64,000 nucleotides of DNA from the NCBI GenBank assembly GCA_002269645.1, contig NIVC01000085.1, positions 1-64,000 of the forward strand. The letters run 5' to 3'. The notes under the pieces were generated by a model. It did no database searches, was not told where the DNA came from, and worked only from the letters and a program-made list of their open reading frames with translations. Positions 49,718 through 61,349 of the stretch are shown one piece after another. The translations under genes were made by a program, and so were the position numbers. Source of the DNA: Macrostomum lignano. Lineage: Eukaryota. Every line of letters starts with the position of its first letter. Position 1 is the stretch's first letter.

Positions 49718-51616
49718 CTTGTGAGCTTGGTGCATGTGAAACTCAGACTGGGGGAGGGGAGCAGCGAAGCGATGAGTTGCCTTTTAAAAAGAAGCAGTAA
49801 AGTGTCGCGTTGGAAACCAATTAATTGCTGGCAAGATTTGAAAGGATGGCAAGTGGTGTTTCGATTGCAGCAGTATTGCAAATTATTTGAGCACAGACAG
49901 CAGCAGTCTGCAGCGGGTGAGCACCAGTGTGCACATGCATAAATTCAATATTTGTTTATATATATATTAGTGTTCCGCTGTAGCTGTAGCTACGGCTACG
50001 GGATCCTACAGCAAATATGGTAAAATAGGTGCCTATGGCAGCTACAGATACACCCACATTAGCTAGCTGCTCTTATGGCTACGAATACAGAAATATGGTT
50101 GTTGTTGTCACAGTCCATAGATTCCTGTAGCCGTAGTTATTAATGTTAAAAAATTAAAAAAATATTAGAAACAGGTAGAGTAAAACAAACATACTTTTAG
50201 TAAACTGTATTATATATATTTATATATATATTATATTTATATATTTTGTATTAACTGCTACAGCTATGGTACATGGACCTTCCTTATGGCAAAACACTAA
50301 TACATACATATATATATATATATATTAGCTTACTTCATATCTTGAAGGTTGGGGTTTGATTCCTGACATACAACTCTGAATTGCTTACGTTCACCCAGCT
50401 ATAAAATCCCATTGTGCTAGCAGTGCCAGCATTAACTGGGATAATTGAGGGTGTGTATAACAATCAGTCCTTGGACTGAAAAGCTATATGCAGCCTTCAG
50501 ATATGACACAAAATAGTTACAGTTAAGCTATCAGTTGCATATCTGGGCTAACTGGGGCAGGTGTAATCAATCATTATTATTCAATTGTTAACAATGTATT
50601 AAGTAATAAAATAGGTTTACATATTAAAAACCTTATGGGTTATTTTATGATAAAGTCAACAAGAAGACTAAATTTTTTTTGCAGATAGTTAGACAGATTT
50701 TTTAATTTTCTTTTAGAAAATATTTTATATTTTCATTATTTGTATATTTCTATACAATTATATCCATTTAGAGTATATTTTTTGTAGTTTAACATACTAG
50801 TATACCAAGCCTACATGTTATCTTTCAGAAAAAACCTTTAAAGCAACAAAAATATCAAACTCGCAGGAAATTTTTTTTTAAATGTGTTCCATGCAAAACT
50901 ACCAGAAATGACTATTACCAAGTTTTCCTTTGTTAGCCTACTTTACTATAATCAATAATTATCACTAAAGCAGTTGAAATTGACATAGGTTGGTACCTAT
51001 AATACTTCTATAAAAAATAACAGAACATTTTTTTTGTTTTAGAGATGTGGCAATTTGAAGTAAAAAAATGTGCCCTAAAAACGACCATTATTCTCATGGA
51101 AATACCCTTATGAATACCTATATAATTTTTCTTTTATCTATAATGGTCTTAATAGTTATACTTTCATAGAAGCATTTGTTAACAAAAATATTAATTCACA
51201 CTTGCAGCAATAAGATTATTTGTTATATAGAATGAAAGCTATAGATGCTATGTCAAATTTAAGTTCTTGTTTTCAAATTGAAACTTAATAATCATGTTTT
51301 TATCTATTGAAACGTTCATAATATAGGCCTAGTGTTTCTATCTATAAGGAGTAGAGGCCTGATAAACAATTAGAATGCAATCAATATTATTCTTGCAATA
51401 TTAAAACATAGACTTTTTATTTGATCTATTGGTAAGGAGTTGGACAAGACCTTGATCTCAATCTTAGTCTTAATTGTCAAGATCTTAGCACTATTTTTAA
51501 TTTTGATCTCGGTTTCAAAACTTTCAAGATCTTGAAAAAAGTTAAGAATTGCAATTATATAGGCTTAACTATTTGTGACTATGATATTCCTAATGATATT
51601 CCTATTTGTTTCTAGG

Positions 51617-51955
51617 TATTTTCAAGTTTGAATTGGTATTACAATATAGTGCCATGGTAGAAAATGATATCTATGGCCAAAAAGGAATGGGAAATAGCAT
51701 TAGAAAATGCTTTAGCCTTTAGTTCTTATCTATTGCTCTATTTAGGCCTATTAGTCTATCAGTCTATCACTCTATCTATTTCTTTATCTATTGGTCCATC
51801 TATTGCTACTTTTATTGCCCTAGGCCTATCTTTTGCTCTATCTACCACTTTAGCTATTGCTTTATTTATTTATTAATAAACTATTTTTATCTAATATTTA
51901 GAAAATCAAAGGCTGAAAGGCACTATATTGTAGCACCAATTCAAACTTGGAAATA
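51617..51955. repeat. 37-bp inverted repeat pair (MITE-like relic)
   Basis: 51617-51653 versus the reverse complement of 51919-51955: 34/37 identical. Confidence 0.65.
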
Positions 51956-53344
51956 ATATTGTATTGTGAAACAATATAGAAGCTTGCCAATAGTATAAAT
52001 AGGCCTATACTTTTAAGATATTTAACAATTCAATACAAAAAATGATTGTATATGAATCTATATCTTATGATAATTATAATTGCATATAGACTATGTGACA
52101 TGTCTAGACTCTAGGCCCTACCTTGGTTTAATTAAAGACTCAGCTCAGCCTAGGCCTAGCCCTGACTGCTGAGGCCTATTTATTGAATTATTGTTAATAT
52201 TGTGAATAAAAAATTTCTAAATGGCAACATTATTAGATAGAGCCAAATAAAAATATATCAAATTAGGCACCTATAAGATATTAACTCAACTGACTTGCTT
52301 GAATTACACCACACCACCACCAAGGTCCAATCTAAGGTCTTAGGGGCCTAGTCTAACTAACCCCCTAGTTATATTTTTAAATTAATTGCCAAAAGGTTTA
52401 AATCAAAGATCTTTCTTTGACTACAGCATGTGATGATTAAAAACATCTAGGCCAAACGCTAAGGCTTATGGGTGGCTTATGCAAGCAAGCCGAATAAGTG
52501 GTAGTGGCTAATGGAGTATTGGAGTAATGCCATCCATGCCCAGCCCATGGGCCATGGGCTTACATTTAAACTAAAGTATAACTAAAGTTGTTAAAAATAC
52601 AGCATAGAATATCAGTTTCAATATCGATATTAACTTGTGACAAAACTACAGTGAAAACACAAGCAGCTAGAAAAGCTACAAATCCAGAGGCAGGTCGATC
52701 GATCGAAGTTCGAGGACTCGACTCGACAAGTTATTGAAAAAACAAAAAGTCTTTATTTTGAACCCACCAATTTCAGTCGTTGTTTACGATTTATCTAAAA
52801 CACCTGATCTGTTTTCCAAAGTAAGTACACATTTTGATGCAAAAACTTATATGTCAATGTTATTAGACAAAGGAAGATGTCTCTCTTACAGATTATTTCG
52901 CTTACAAAAATCACATTTAAATGCTTCCACTTTTCAAGAAACCTTTTCCGCTCTCTTCTTTCCGATTTTGGAATACTGGTTTTGTATTGGTTGTCTAGCT
53001 TTCGATCAGAAATCCCGGCCGATTGCTATTGGTTGGCTTAAAAGTGTGCAGTTTGCATCAGGTATACTAATAAAGGGAATTTCACATAATTTTTGTGCTA
53101 TGAGAAGTCCTGTATAACCTTTTGCTAACATTCTAAACGAATCTTAAAAATTCGACAGTTAATAATTCTCCCTTACACGATGGCATGTACATGTAGTTCG
53201 AATATTTTTTTAGCCCCATTTTTTAGCGCGGCAAAAGTTCTAATACCTGCATCTCCATGCGATGCTTCTGAATGAAAATTTGTGTCTGTATGGATAAATT
53301 CATTTTTGTAAGATTCATCTGCAATTCGGGCTGCCAAATACAGA

Positions 53345-53800
53345 GTTTTTTAAACTCATTTTAGTGCCGCAGGCACTACTACTACATGTATTAGCGCGCG
53401 CCACAGGCACCAATTTAGCGCCACTGCAGCGCGCCGCAAGTACAATTTTAGCGCCGCAGTCACCACTGTAGCGCCGCAGGCACCACTTAGCGCCGCAGAC
53501 ACCATTTTGGCGCCACATTCATCAATTTAGCGCCTCAAGTACTATTTTAGCGCCGCTGGAACCATTTTAGCGCCGCATGCGGGTACCCTTTAGCGCCGAA
53601 AGTACCACTTAGCGCCGCAGACACCATTTTGACACCGCAGGCGCTATGTTTTGTTGGCCTGAAGCAAAATTATTGACTTCTATAACAGATCAACAAAAGG
53701 TGGGGTGGGGGGTACAAAGCATTGGCATGTCTCTCCCATATAGCTTTTACTGGAGGGACATGTCCCCCCTGTCCCCCCCCCCGCAGTGGCGACGCCCTTT
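53345..53800. mobile_element. Short non-autonomous element with a degenerate TTAGCGCCGCAG repeat; same family as the element hosting the 5.6-9.1 kb array
   Basis: About 13 degenerate units ending CAGGCGCTATGTTTTGTTGGCCTGAAGCAAAATT (cf. 9087 CAGGCGCTATATTTTGTCGGCCTGAATCAAAATT), then a ...TGTCCCCCCCC.CAGTGGCGACGCCCT terminus. Confidence 0.65.
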
Positions 53801-54084
53801 TCGACAAGGCAATCGCGTGTGCAGTCCAAATTGCACAGCAGAAATTTCAGGATAAATCAGGCCGATAAAATATTTATAGCACGATCAAGGAAGGTTTCTT
53901 CTGAGACTAAAAAAGAATTCATTCAAATTCAAAGTTACTTCAGTTGTACACACACGTGTACTGCCTGCATGTTTTTTTGCATGTAGAGCTCTGTTTATAT
54001 ATAAATTTGAGCGCCTGTATCTGTCTATGCGGCGAAAAAACTTTACCAAGGACCAAGTGGTAATTAAGTAACAAAAATGGCTTG

Positions 54085-57000
54085 CAGGGACAACTAAAAC
54101 CCTCGGGACGCGAAACGAGCCAATTCATGGCAAAAAATCTGAGGGGCTCGCTTAAAAGTATTGTTCTATGGCTTTTTCAAGTCTTCTCTGCTATCAGGCA
54201 TTAACGGTTAGATTAAATAGTAAAGCGAGGCAATGTCGAGTATTTAATTTAAGGAATAGGAACCAGTGATATAATTACAATGTATTTACAATAAAGTAAC
54301 CGCCATATCAACAAAAAACTCCAACGGCAAGAAGATAAAAGATGAAAGCGAAGATGAAACTCCAACGGCAAGAAGATAAAGGATGAAAGCGAAGATGAAA
54401 CTCCAACGGCAAGAAGATAGAAGCAAATACGGTACTCCAAGGACAAGATGACACAAACAGTCAGTAGCTCGTACATAAAGGAAACGCTGGAACTTCACCT
54501 ACTGAGCATCTAACTTCCGAAGCTTTCTATCATGGGATGTCGTCGGTATTGGTGGGAGTTTTGACGAGCGTCTTACTAGTCCTTTGAAAAAAACGTTGGC
54601 TAGCCGACGAGACACACTGTCCATGCTGAACTGTGTCTTAGTTGGAAAGTAAAAGTCCTTAATAACATAAAACAGCTTCTGCACGCGAGTTGCGCACGTA
54701 GGAGAGTGCAGAATAAAACTGCTGTAGCAGAGACAGGATAAGTCTAACAGCCATTGTGGAGGATGACAAAGCTTTCCGCGAGATAACTCTTCAGTGAATT
54801 CGCTGGCTGGAATGCTCGTCTCTGATATCAAATCTGTTCCTTTGATGCCTTCTTTAGTCGCTGTATAACCTGTCAATTTCCAATAAAGCACGGTTTGAAT
54901 TGTTTTTATGAGATTGTGTAAAACCTCGTTGTGAATTAAATTTTAATTAATATCCAGCTTACCTGCGATATAGTAGAGCGAAGCCATCTCCGAAATGGAA
55001 AGCTCCTCTGATTTAGCAGCACAATTATCAATGGTCGCCAGTTCAATTTCATTCAGCTGTTCATTGCAACATTTGCTCCGATCGTGCTTGTAGTCTGCTA
55101 ATTCAAGGGATGCGAATAACTTCATTCGTCGGAGTCGAGCACTGAGCAGCACTTGCTCCACAGATACATAGTAGTTGCCGCCGCTCATTTGGCGATACAC
55201 GCCAAACTCAGCCTCAAGTGGATCACTGTGAAAGTCAGCCAGCAGAACGTAGCTGATTCGTGGGTCGGACAAAAGAACCTCACACATCTCACAGGCTCCG
55301 CGCAGTGAGTTTACTAGCGCTGACTTGGTCTCGGGCGTCAATGAATGATGGCGAGCTCGGCCTTTTCCACAATGTGTCGAATCAAACGAATCCGCGAGCG
55401 CGCTAAGAAATTGTATGCTTTCATCTTGAACGGAATAGACTGGTCGCCTGTCCGGATCCCGTAGTCGTGCGTGTAGATCAGGATTTTTACAATTGACAAT
55501 TTTCCAGAATCTCACTATGGTTTTGATAAATTCCGCAGTGTCTGAGTATCCATCACACTTCAATGCAGCGGCAACCCTTTCATCGAGAACTTGGAGAGCG
55601 AGACTGACTTTAGTTTTCTGAATGCTTGTGGGATAACAGGCCTCATGAGTTAGACATGTGCGCTTGACTACGTGGTCTTTCTCCATTTGGTACAGGCGTA
55701 CCACGTCTGACCATTTAGCGGATATCTGTCTGTCAGCGCCAGGAGGTTGAATTCTCAGAATTCCATTCGCTTCCATTTGCCAATTGTTGCGAATGCATTT
55801 GATAATGTGAACGAAATCGAAAAGCATGAAGAATTCCGACTCCTGTGCAGCATCCGTTCCAATCCATGGCTTCTCTCTTCCATCGCTAAATAAAGCAAAA
55901 CACTTGCGGTTGGTAGGGTGATTGTCGCTGACGAGAGCAACGACACGGCCACCGTTGTTGTTAATTGCTTTAATGCATTGGCTGACGCATTTTCGCAGAA
56001 ACTCCGCAGACAAAATGTATGTCGGCAATAGTCGGACTACAAACGGTTTTCCACCAAGTAATGGCTTTACCATTATAGCCAAAATTGTCCTAGCAACCTG
56101 GTCCGGATCGTCGACGGCTCGACCCAGAAGGTGACGGCATCGATATCGAACGGACGGTTGTATGTACATTTCGTCAAACATAATTACGCAGTTTCGCTGA
56201 GCTCCTGATAGACTAGCAAAAACTGACTGGATCACATCGGCTGCGTCGGTTTCTGTGCCAACTTCTCCTGTACCTGCTAGTTGCAGCTGCAGCGTTCGGG
56301 GATGAGGCAATGGCAATAGCTTCCGTAGGTAAGAGTAAGCCGAACTACTGATCAAGTAGAGCAATGCTGACTGTCGCACTAGTGAAATGTCATAGCGGCG
56401 ATTGTTCCGATTTACTAATGTAAGGCTAAGTTGTCGAATCAAAAACTGAAGCGACGGATCCAAATCAGAGTCAGAATCTATATCATCACTGATTCTACTA
56501 ACAAACGCTTCGACTTCACGTTGGGGATTGGCGTCGGAATTTTTGCACCGCACGACAACAGCATCCAGTTGCGACCAGCGCTTGAGTGTCGGTTGAAATC
56601 CCAACAAGTCTCGAACCGAAATCGGTGTATGCAGTTTGAATGCACGAATCAGAAAGTTGGGTGAGACAAAAATTCGAACAGACAGGTCTCCATCTTTATC
56701 TAACGTAAACAAGTAAACATCTTCGTTCAGAATAGCTGTGTTCAGTGCATGTCGAGATACGACATCCGAATTTTTCACCTCAGCTCGAAAACTTTCCCAT
56801 GCCGGCAAAAAATCAAGCAGCTGAAAAGCGTCCATCTCATCGATGTCGCCGCACCTCGCGTCAGAAAGAACACCGCGCTTTTCGGCCTGTCGGTCCTGGT
56901 CTAAAATAAGGGTAAAAATAAAAGTAAGATAATTGTGAGCGGCAAAATCGATATAGACGCTAAGTGTTGAGCAATCTTTAAGTTACGTACCTTGGTTCTG

Positions 57001-57560
57001 AACAAAACACGAGCTAGGAACTCCATTAAAAACAGAAGGAGGATTAATTGGCCTTTCGGTAGAGTTTTTCTTGACCATTGGAGCATCGCTTGGCCAATGC
57101 TTTACGCACACGCCCATATTGTCAGTCACTCTCTAAAATAATAAATTTTGGGTTTCAAGTTGTTTGGACGAGACTGGCATGCAGAATTGAAGCGGAATTA
57201 TGCAGCAGAAATGACAGCAAATGATCTGGTTTCTTACCTGGAGAATATTTGGCAGCGCCTTTCTCCATCGCTCTCGCTCCTGTGGATCTCTGGGAAACGC
57301 AAATGTCCGTGTTCGAACGGCTTCAGAGTTGTAATTTGACGAGCACGGAAATACGCTGCACTTTCTTGGCATTTCATCAAGTGAATAAAAAATGCTTCTC
57401 TTGATATAGTTCAGCTTAGCTTCACTGCTGGCCGCAGCTTAATTTGCCTGATAGCAGAGAAGACTTGAAAAAGCCATAGAACAATACTTTTAAGCGAGCC
57501 CCTCAGATTTTTTGCCATGAATTGGCTCGTTTCGCGTCCCGAGGGTTTTAGTTGTCCCTG
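54085..57560 (-). mobile_element. Full-length P-superfamily DNA transposon (3476 bp) with 116-bp perfect TIRs and 9-bp TSD AATGGCTTG
   Basis: 54085-54200 equals the reverse complement of 57445-57560 (CAGGGACAACTAAAACCC...CTATCAGGCA). AATGGCTTG lies at 54076-54084 and at 57561-57569. Encodes a THAP9/P-type transposase. Confidence 0.95.
54499..57372 (-). CDS. THAP9/P-element transposase. Exons 57372-57238, 57132-56991, 56900-54963, 54869-54499; 861 aa
   Basis: C2CH THAP domain (MPRKCSVFPC...FAFPRDPQERERW...GVCVKHW...P), SAYSYLR...LPHPRTL, catalytic FDEM, VSDN, FDFVHIIKCIRNNW, QK.KVSLA.Q, SDPLEAEFG..RQ..G, YIAGY across the last junction. All junctions are GT-AG and in frame (2586 nt, no internal stop). 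Confidence 0.9.
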
Positions 57561-57859
57561 AATGGCTTGGAAAATGTTGCTAAATCGGTTAGGAAGCAAT
57601 AAAAAATGCACTATTTCGAATCTATTTCGGGAATATTTAGGCTCTGAATAAGAGATTTCAGCTTTTAGAAGACAATTGATTAGACTCCTTTAATTGTTAC
57701 TCATTTAACAACATTGTAAGGTGGAAGCGGGGCGCAGGTGTTAGAGTCAATTTTGCATTACGAGTATAATTGGTTAGCAGAGTGGCGTACCGCGCACGCA
57801 AGAATTTTATATATTTAAATGGAGCGGACCACAAACAATGTTTGGTGTCGTGTGGTGGC

Positions 57860-57940
57860 CTCAACTGTCTCTCGGTTGGCGCCGATCTGTTTCTTTGGTT
57901 GGCGCCCCTATTCTCTTGTTAGGCGCCCCTGTCTCTTGAG
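57860..57940. repeat. Short degenerate copy of the GGTTAGGCGCCCCTGTCTCTT repeat
   Basis: GGTTGGCGCCCCTATTCTCTT GTTAGGCGCCCCTGTCTCTTG, matching the unit at 31095-31575. Confidence 0.6.
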
Positions 57941-59177
57941 ATGAACCCCTACCTACCCCTGTCCCCTGCGTTGCCTCTTCATTGGCGTGTCCCACATGTA
58001 CAGTATACATGCATGTTTTCAGGCTTAACATCCTAATGTACATACTAATGAAACCAAAAACTGCGGAAACTATAAAATCAAAAGTAATTTTAAGCATTAA
58101 AATTTTAAGTCGTTACAATTCACGCGAAGACATCCTATAACCCCATAGAAACCCCCCAGGCGTGACGTACATCAGCCCTGCAGTCGTCATCATTCCAGAC
58201 GACGAGCTTCCCATAGAAACCAATTACCCACTATAGGAGTTGCCATGCATCGAAAGGAAGGGCGTATACGTGTGCAATTCAATGTACTTTTTATAGCTGA
58301 TGCGCCACTTTATCTTCCCTTACACAGGTACCGACCACTAACTGCAGCGTTCCAACCCGTCTACCCATAGTTACGATAGAAGTTCGTCAAATGCACGTGA
58401 TGGCGCTGCGCTCATGTTGCATGCTTCATGGCGCTGCACTTTTCGGCCGCCGCAGCCTCCCATAATGTTCGACTTTCTGCGTTTTCACAGGCCCCCACAC
58501 AGAGAGAGAGATGAATTGGCAAAGTGACTGGAAGTGCATGCTTCCTGCCTCAGACCGGAAAAGGTGAATTACTTCCCATCTGTAAAAAAAGTACAGCCTA
58601 ACCCCTATATTTAGCAGCAATCTAGCCCTGACCTTAGTATATACTGCAGTACCCGAAGCAGCTGAGGTGAAATTCCTCAAGGTTTAGCTAGCGAATAAAA
58701 CGTTCGAAGTCGGATGTACTATTAACTGGGCAAAGTTCCTGTTGGCCGCTATTGTTCAAATTCCCCCTCTAAAAGAATTACAATAATCCTTTCCATAATA
58801 TATGGCTCATAATTGGTGATGCATTCCTGTCTCTGTATGAGTATTCTACCTGATAATAGAAAACCCTGGCTACGCCCTAAAACTGGCTTTATTAAGTGAT
58901 GCAGTCATTATCGAAGACTGCAGCAGACACCGAATTAAACGAACGGCAATGGTTTTTGCCGTTGATAAGATCGAACTTCACCTCTCGGTACATACAGCTC
59001 GGCCTGTTTTTGTAGTTAATTTTTGTAAGATTTGAAGAGTGATCATGCCTATTTTAGTATAGGCGCATGCGTTATAATGATATAATATCAATGGCCATGG
59101 CCCAGAACAGATGCTTTTACTTTCGCCTTGGCTGGCTATTGCTAATCGACAAGAATTATAATTTCAAGTTGGTCAAG

Positions 59178-61007
59178 ATGCAAAGGTGCCTACTGGTCAA
59201 AGTTGTGCTCCTAAACTGTTGTTTGGCTGTGATCCACACTGCACAAGGCTCGACTTTGTTGGATAAGACCGACGATCAAGCTGCCAGAAGTGCTGCTGCT
59301 CAAGGTGTTGCTACCCCGTCTATCTCAGACTCAGAGACAGATTTCTACTCAGAACCGCCGATAACTTCCTTGTCATCCGATGAAGATGACACCTCCGCCG
59401 AAGGTCCGACGACCACTATTTTACAAACGAACTCAGATTTTTCAACAAGCAGAGGATCTGCCGCATCATCACCATCGACAGCACCAAATATTTCAGTAAC
59501 GGAAGCTACCACAACGGAGGCACCCGACGAATCAGGAACTCCAAGAACTGTCAAATCTACCACAACAGTTGAACCATCAACTGATACAGAAACTTTGAGC
59601 ACTGTCAAATCTACCACAACAATTGAACCATCAACTGATGCAGAAACTTTGAGCACTGTCAAATCTACCACAACAGTTGAACCATCAACTGATGCAGAAA
59701 CTTTGAGCACTGTCAAATCTACCACAACAGTTGCAACATCAACTGATGCAGAAACTTTGAGCACTGTCAAATCTACCACAACAGTTGCACCATCAACTGA
59801 TGCAGAAACTTTAAGCACTGTCAAATCTACCACAACAGTTGCACCATCAACTGATGCAGAAACTTTGAGCACTGTCAAATCTACCACAACAGTTGAACCA
59901 TCAACTGATACAGAAACTTCGAGCACTGTCAAATCTACCACAACAGTTGAACCATCAACTGATACAGAAACTTTGAGCACTGTCATATCTACCACAACAG
60001 TTGAACCATCAACTGATACAGAAACTTCGAGCACTGTCATATCTACCACAACAGTTGAACCATCAACTGATGCAGAAACTTTGAGCACTGTCATATCTAC
60101 CACAACAGTTGCAACATCAACTGATGCAGAAACTTTGAGCACTGTCAAATCTACCACAACAGTTAAACCATCAACTGATTCAGAAACTTTGAGCACTGTC
60201 ATATCTACCACAACAGTTGAACCATCAACTGATGCAGAAACTTTGAGCACTGTCATATCTACCACAAAAATTGAACCATCAACTGATGCAGAAACTTTGA
60301 GCACTGTCAAATCTACCACAAAAATTGAACCATCAACTGGTGCAGAAACTTTGAGCACTGTCAAATCTACCACAAAAATTGAACCATCAACTGATGCAGA
60401 AACTTTGAGCACTGTCAAATCTACCACAACAGTTGCACCATCAACTGATGCAGAAACTTTGAGCACTGTCAAATCTACCATAACTAATTCAGAACCTTTG
60501 AGCACATCTACCACAGCAGTATCATCACCGGAATTGGAGACTTCAGCTACAGAGTCATCTAGCACGAAAATGTCAACAGCTCAAACAACTTTTGCTGCCG
60601 TAACCTTATCCACGGATCCTCGGACTGCGGAACCTACTTCAACAACCGAGTCTTTGGTCCCCACACCACAGAGCTTGCTAACGCCAGAACAATGCCAAGC
60701 AAGATGTGACGTCACTTTCAATCTGCCAAGCAAAATCGCGGTGTCAGTAAGTTCAGCCATCATCGCCATTCTATTAGTAGTTATTGTCGTCTTGCTTACA
60801 AAATACCGTCAGCCAACAAAATTTCGGGTGCACACGAGCAGACCTGCAGCGGGCTCATCCTTTGGCAGCTGCAGTATTAACGACGGCAAATCGACATTTT
60901 GTGAAGAGTTCAATTTTCAGACCAGTCCAGAATGGGCAATGCAAATGGTAGCGATCGATAGAGACACCAGCTTCACGGCCGTGCAGAGCTACAATTGGGA
61001 TGAATAA
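59178..61007 (+). CDS. Mucin-like type I transmembrane glycoprotein with about 17 x 18-aa Thr/Ser-rich repeats (ETLSTVKSTTTVEPSTDA); about 609 aa
   Basis: Signal peptide MQRCLLVKVVLLNCCLAVIHTAQG from the ATG at 59178 (the ORF extends upstream to 59067). 54-bp in-frame repeats at about 59535-60480. CQARC juxtamembrane pair, TM helix IAVSVSSAIIAILLVVIVVLLT, then KYR and a cytoplasmic tail. Confidence 0.8.
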   Translation: MQRCLLVKVVLLNCCLAVIHTAQGSTLLDKTDDQAARSAAAQGVATPSISDSETDFYSEPPITSLSSDEDDTSAEGPTTTILQTNSDFSTSRGSAASSPSTAPNISVTEATTTEAPDESGTPRTVKSTTTVEPSTDTETLSTVKSTTTIEPSTDAETLSTVKSTTTVEPSTDAETLSTVKSTTTVATSTDAETLSTVKSTTTVAPSTDAETLSTVKSTTTVAPSTDAETLSTVKSTTTVEPSTDTETSSTVKSTTTVEPSTDTETLSTVISTTTVEPSTDTETSSTVISTTTVEPSTDAETLSTVISTTTVATSTDAETLSTVKSTTTVKPSTDSETLSTVISTTTVEPSTDAETLSTVISTTKIEPSTDAETLSTVKSTTKIEPSTGAETLSTVKSTTKIEPSTDAETLSTVKSTTTVAPSTDAETLSTVKSTITNSEPLSTSTTAVSSPELETSATESSSTKMSTAQTTFAAVTLSTDPRTAEPTSTTESLVPTPQSLLTPEQCQARCDVTFNLPSKIAVSVSSAIIAILLVVIVVLLTKYRQPTKFRVHTSRPAAGSSFGSCSINDGKSTFCEEFNFQTSPEWAMQMVAIDRDTSFTAVQSYNWDE

Positions 61008-61349
61008 ACTAATGGTGAGACAGGGAGAATTTGAGATGAGGTAAACACAGGTTATTCAGGTGTATGATGAACAAGAGACATGGCACAAAACGTTCTATTT
61101 TACGAAATCATTTTTTAAGCTTTAGCATAAAATTTTATGATGTACTACTCTCGTGTTCTTGTTTTACTACTGCTCTTTGTTCTTTCACATGTATTTTGCT
61201 ATATTGATTCTTAAATGTTTTGCAAACAGCGAATTCTATTTTGAATTTATTCAATAGATACCTGGTAAAATGCGCAATGTATTCAGAATTTTCAAGTATA
61301 AATTAATTTATCACGGGACAGAGGCATCAATATTTTTGCCAAAACGTGT

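Noticed and set aside
50340-50560. Possible second SINE (GGTTTGATTCC B-box-like, TTCACCCAGCTATAAAAT)
   Set aside because: Too degenerate to support without a database search.
59345-60565. 406-aa Val-rich antisense ORF
   Set aside because: Shadow of the Thr-rich mucin repeat on the opposite strand.
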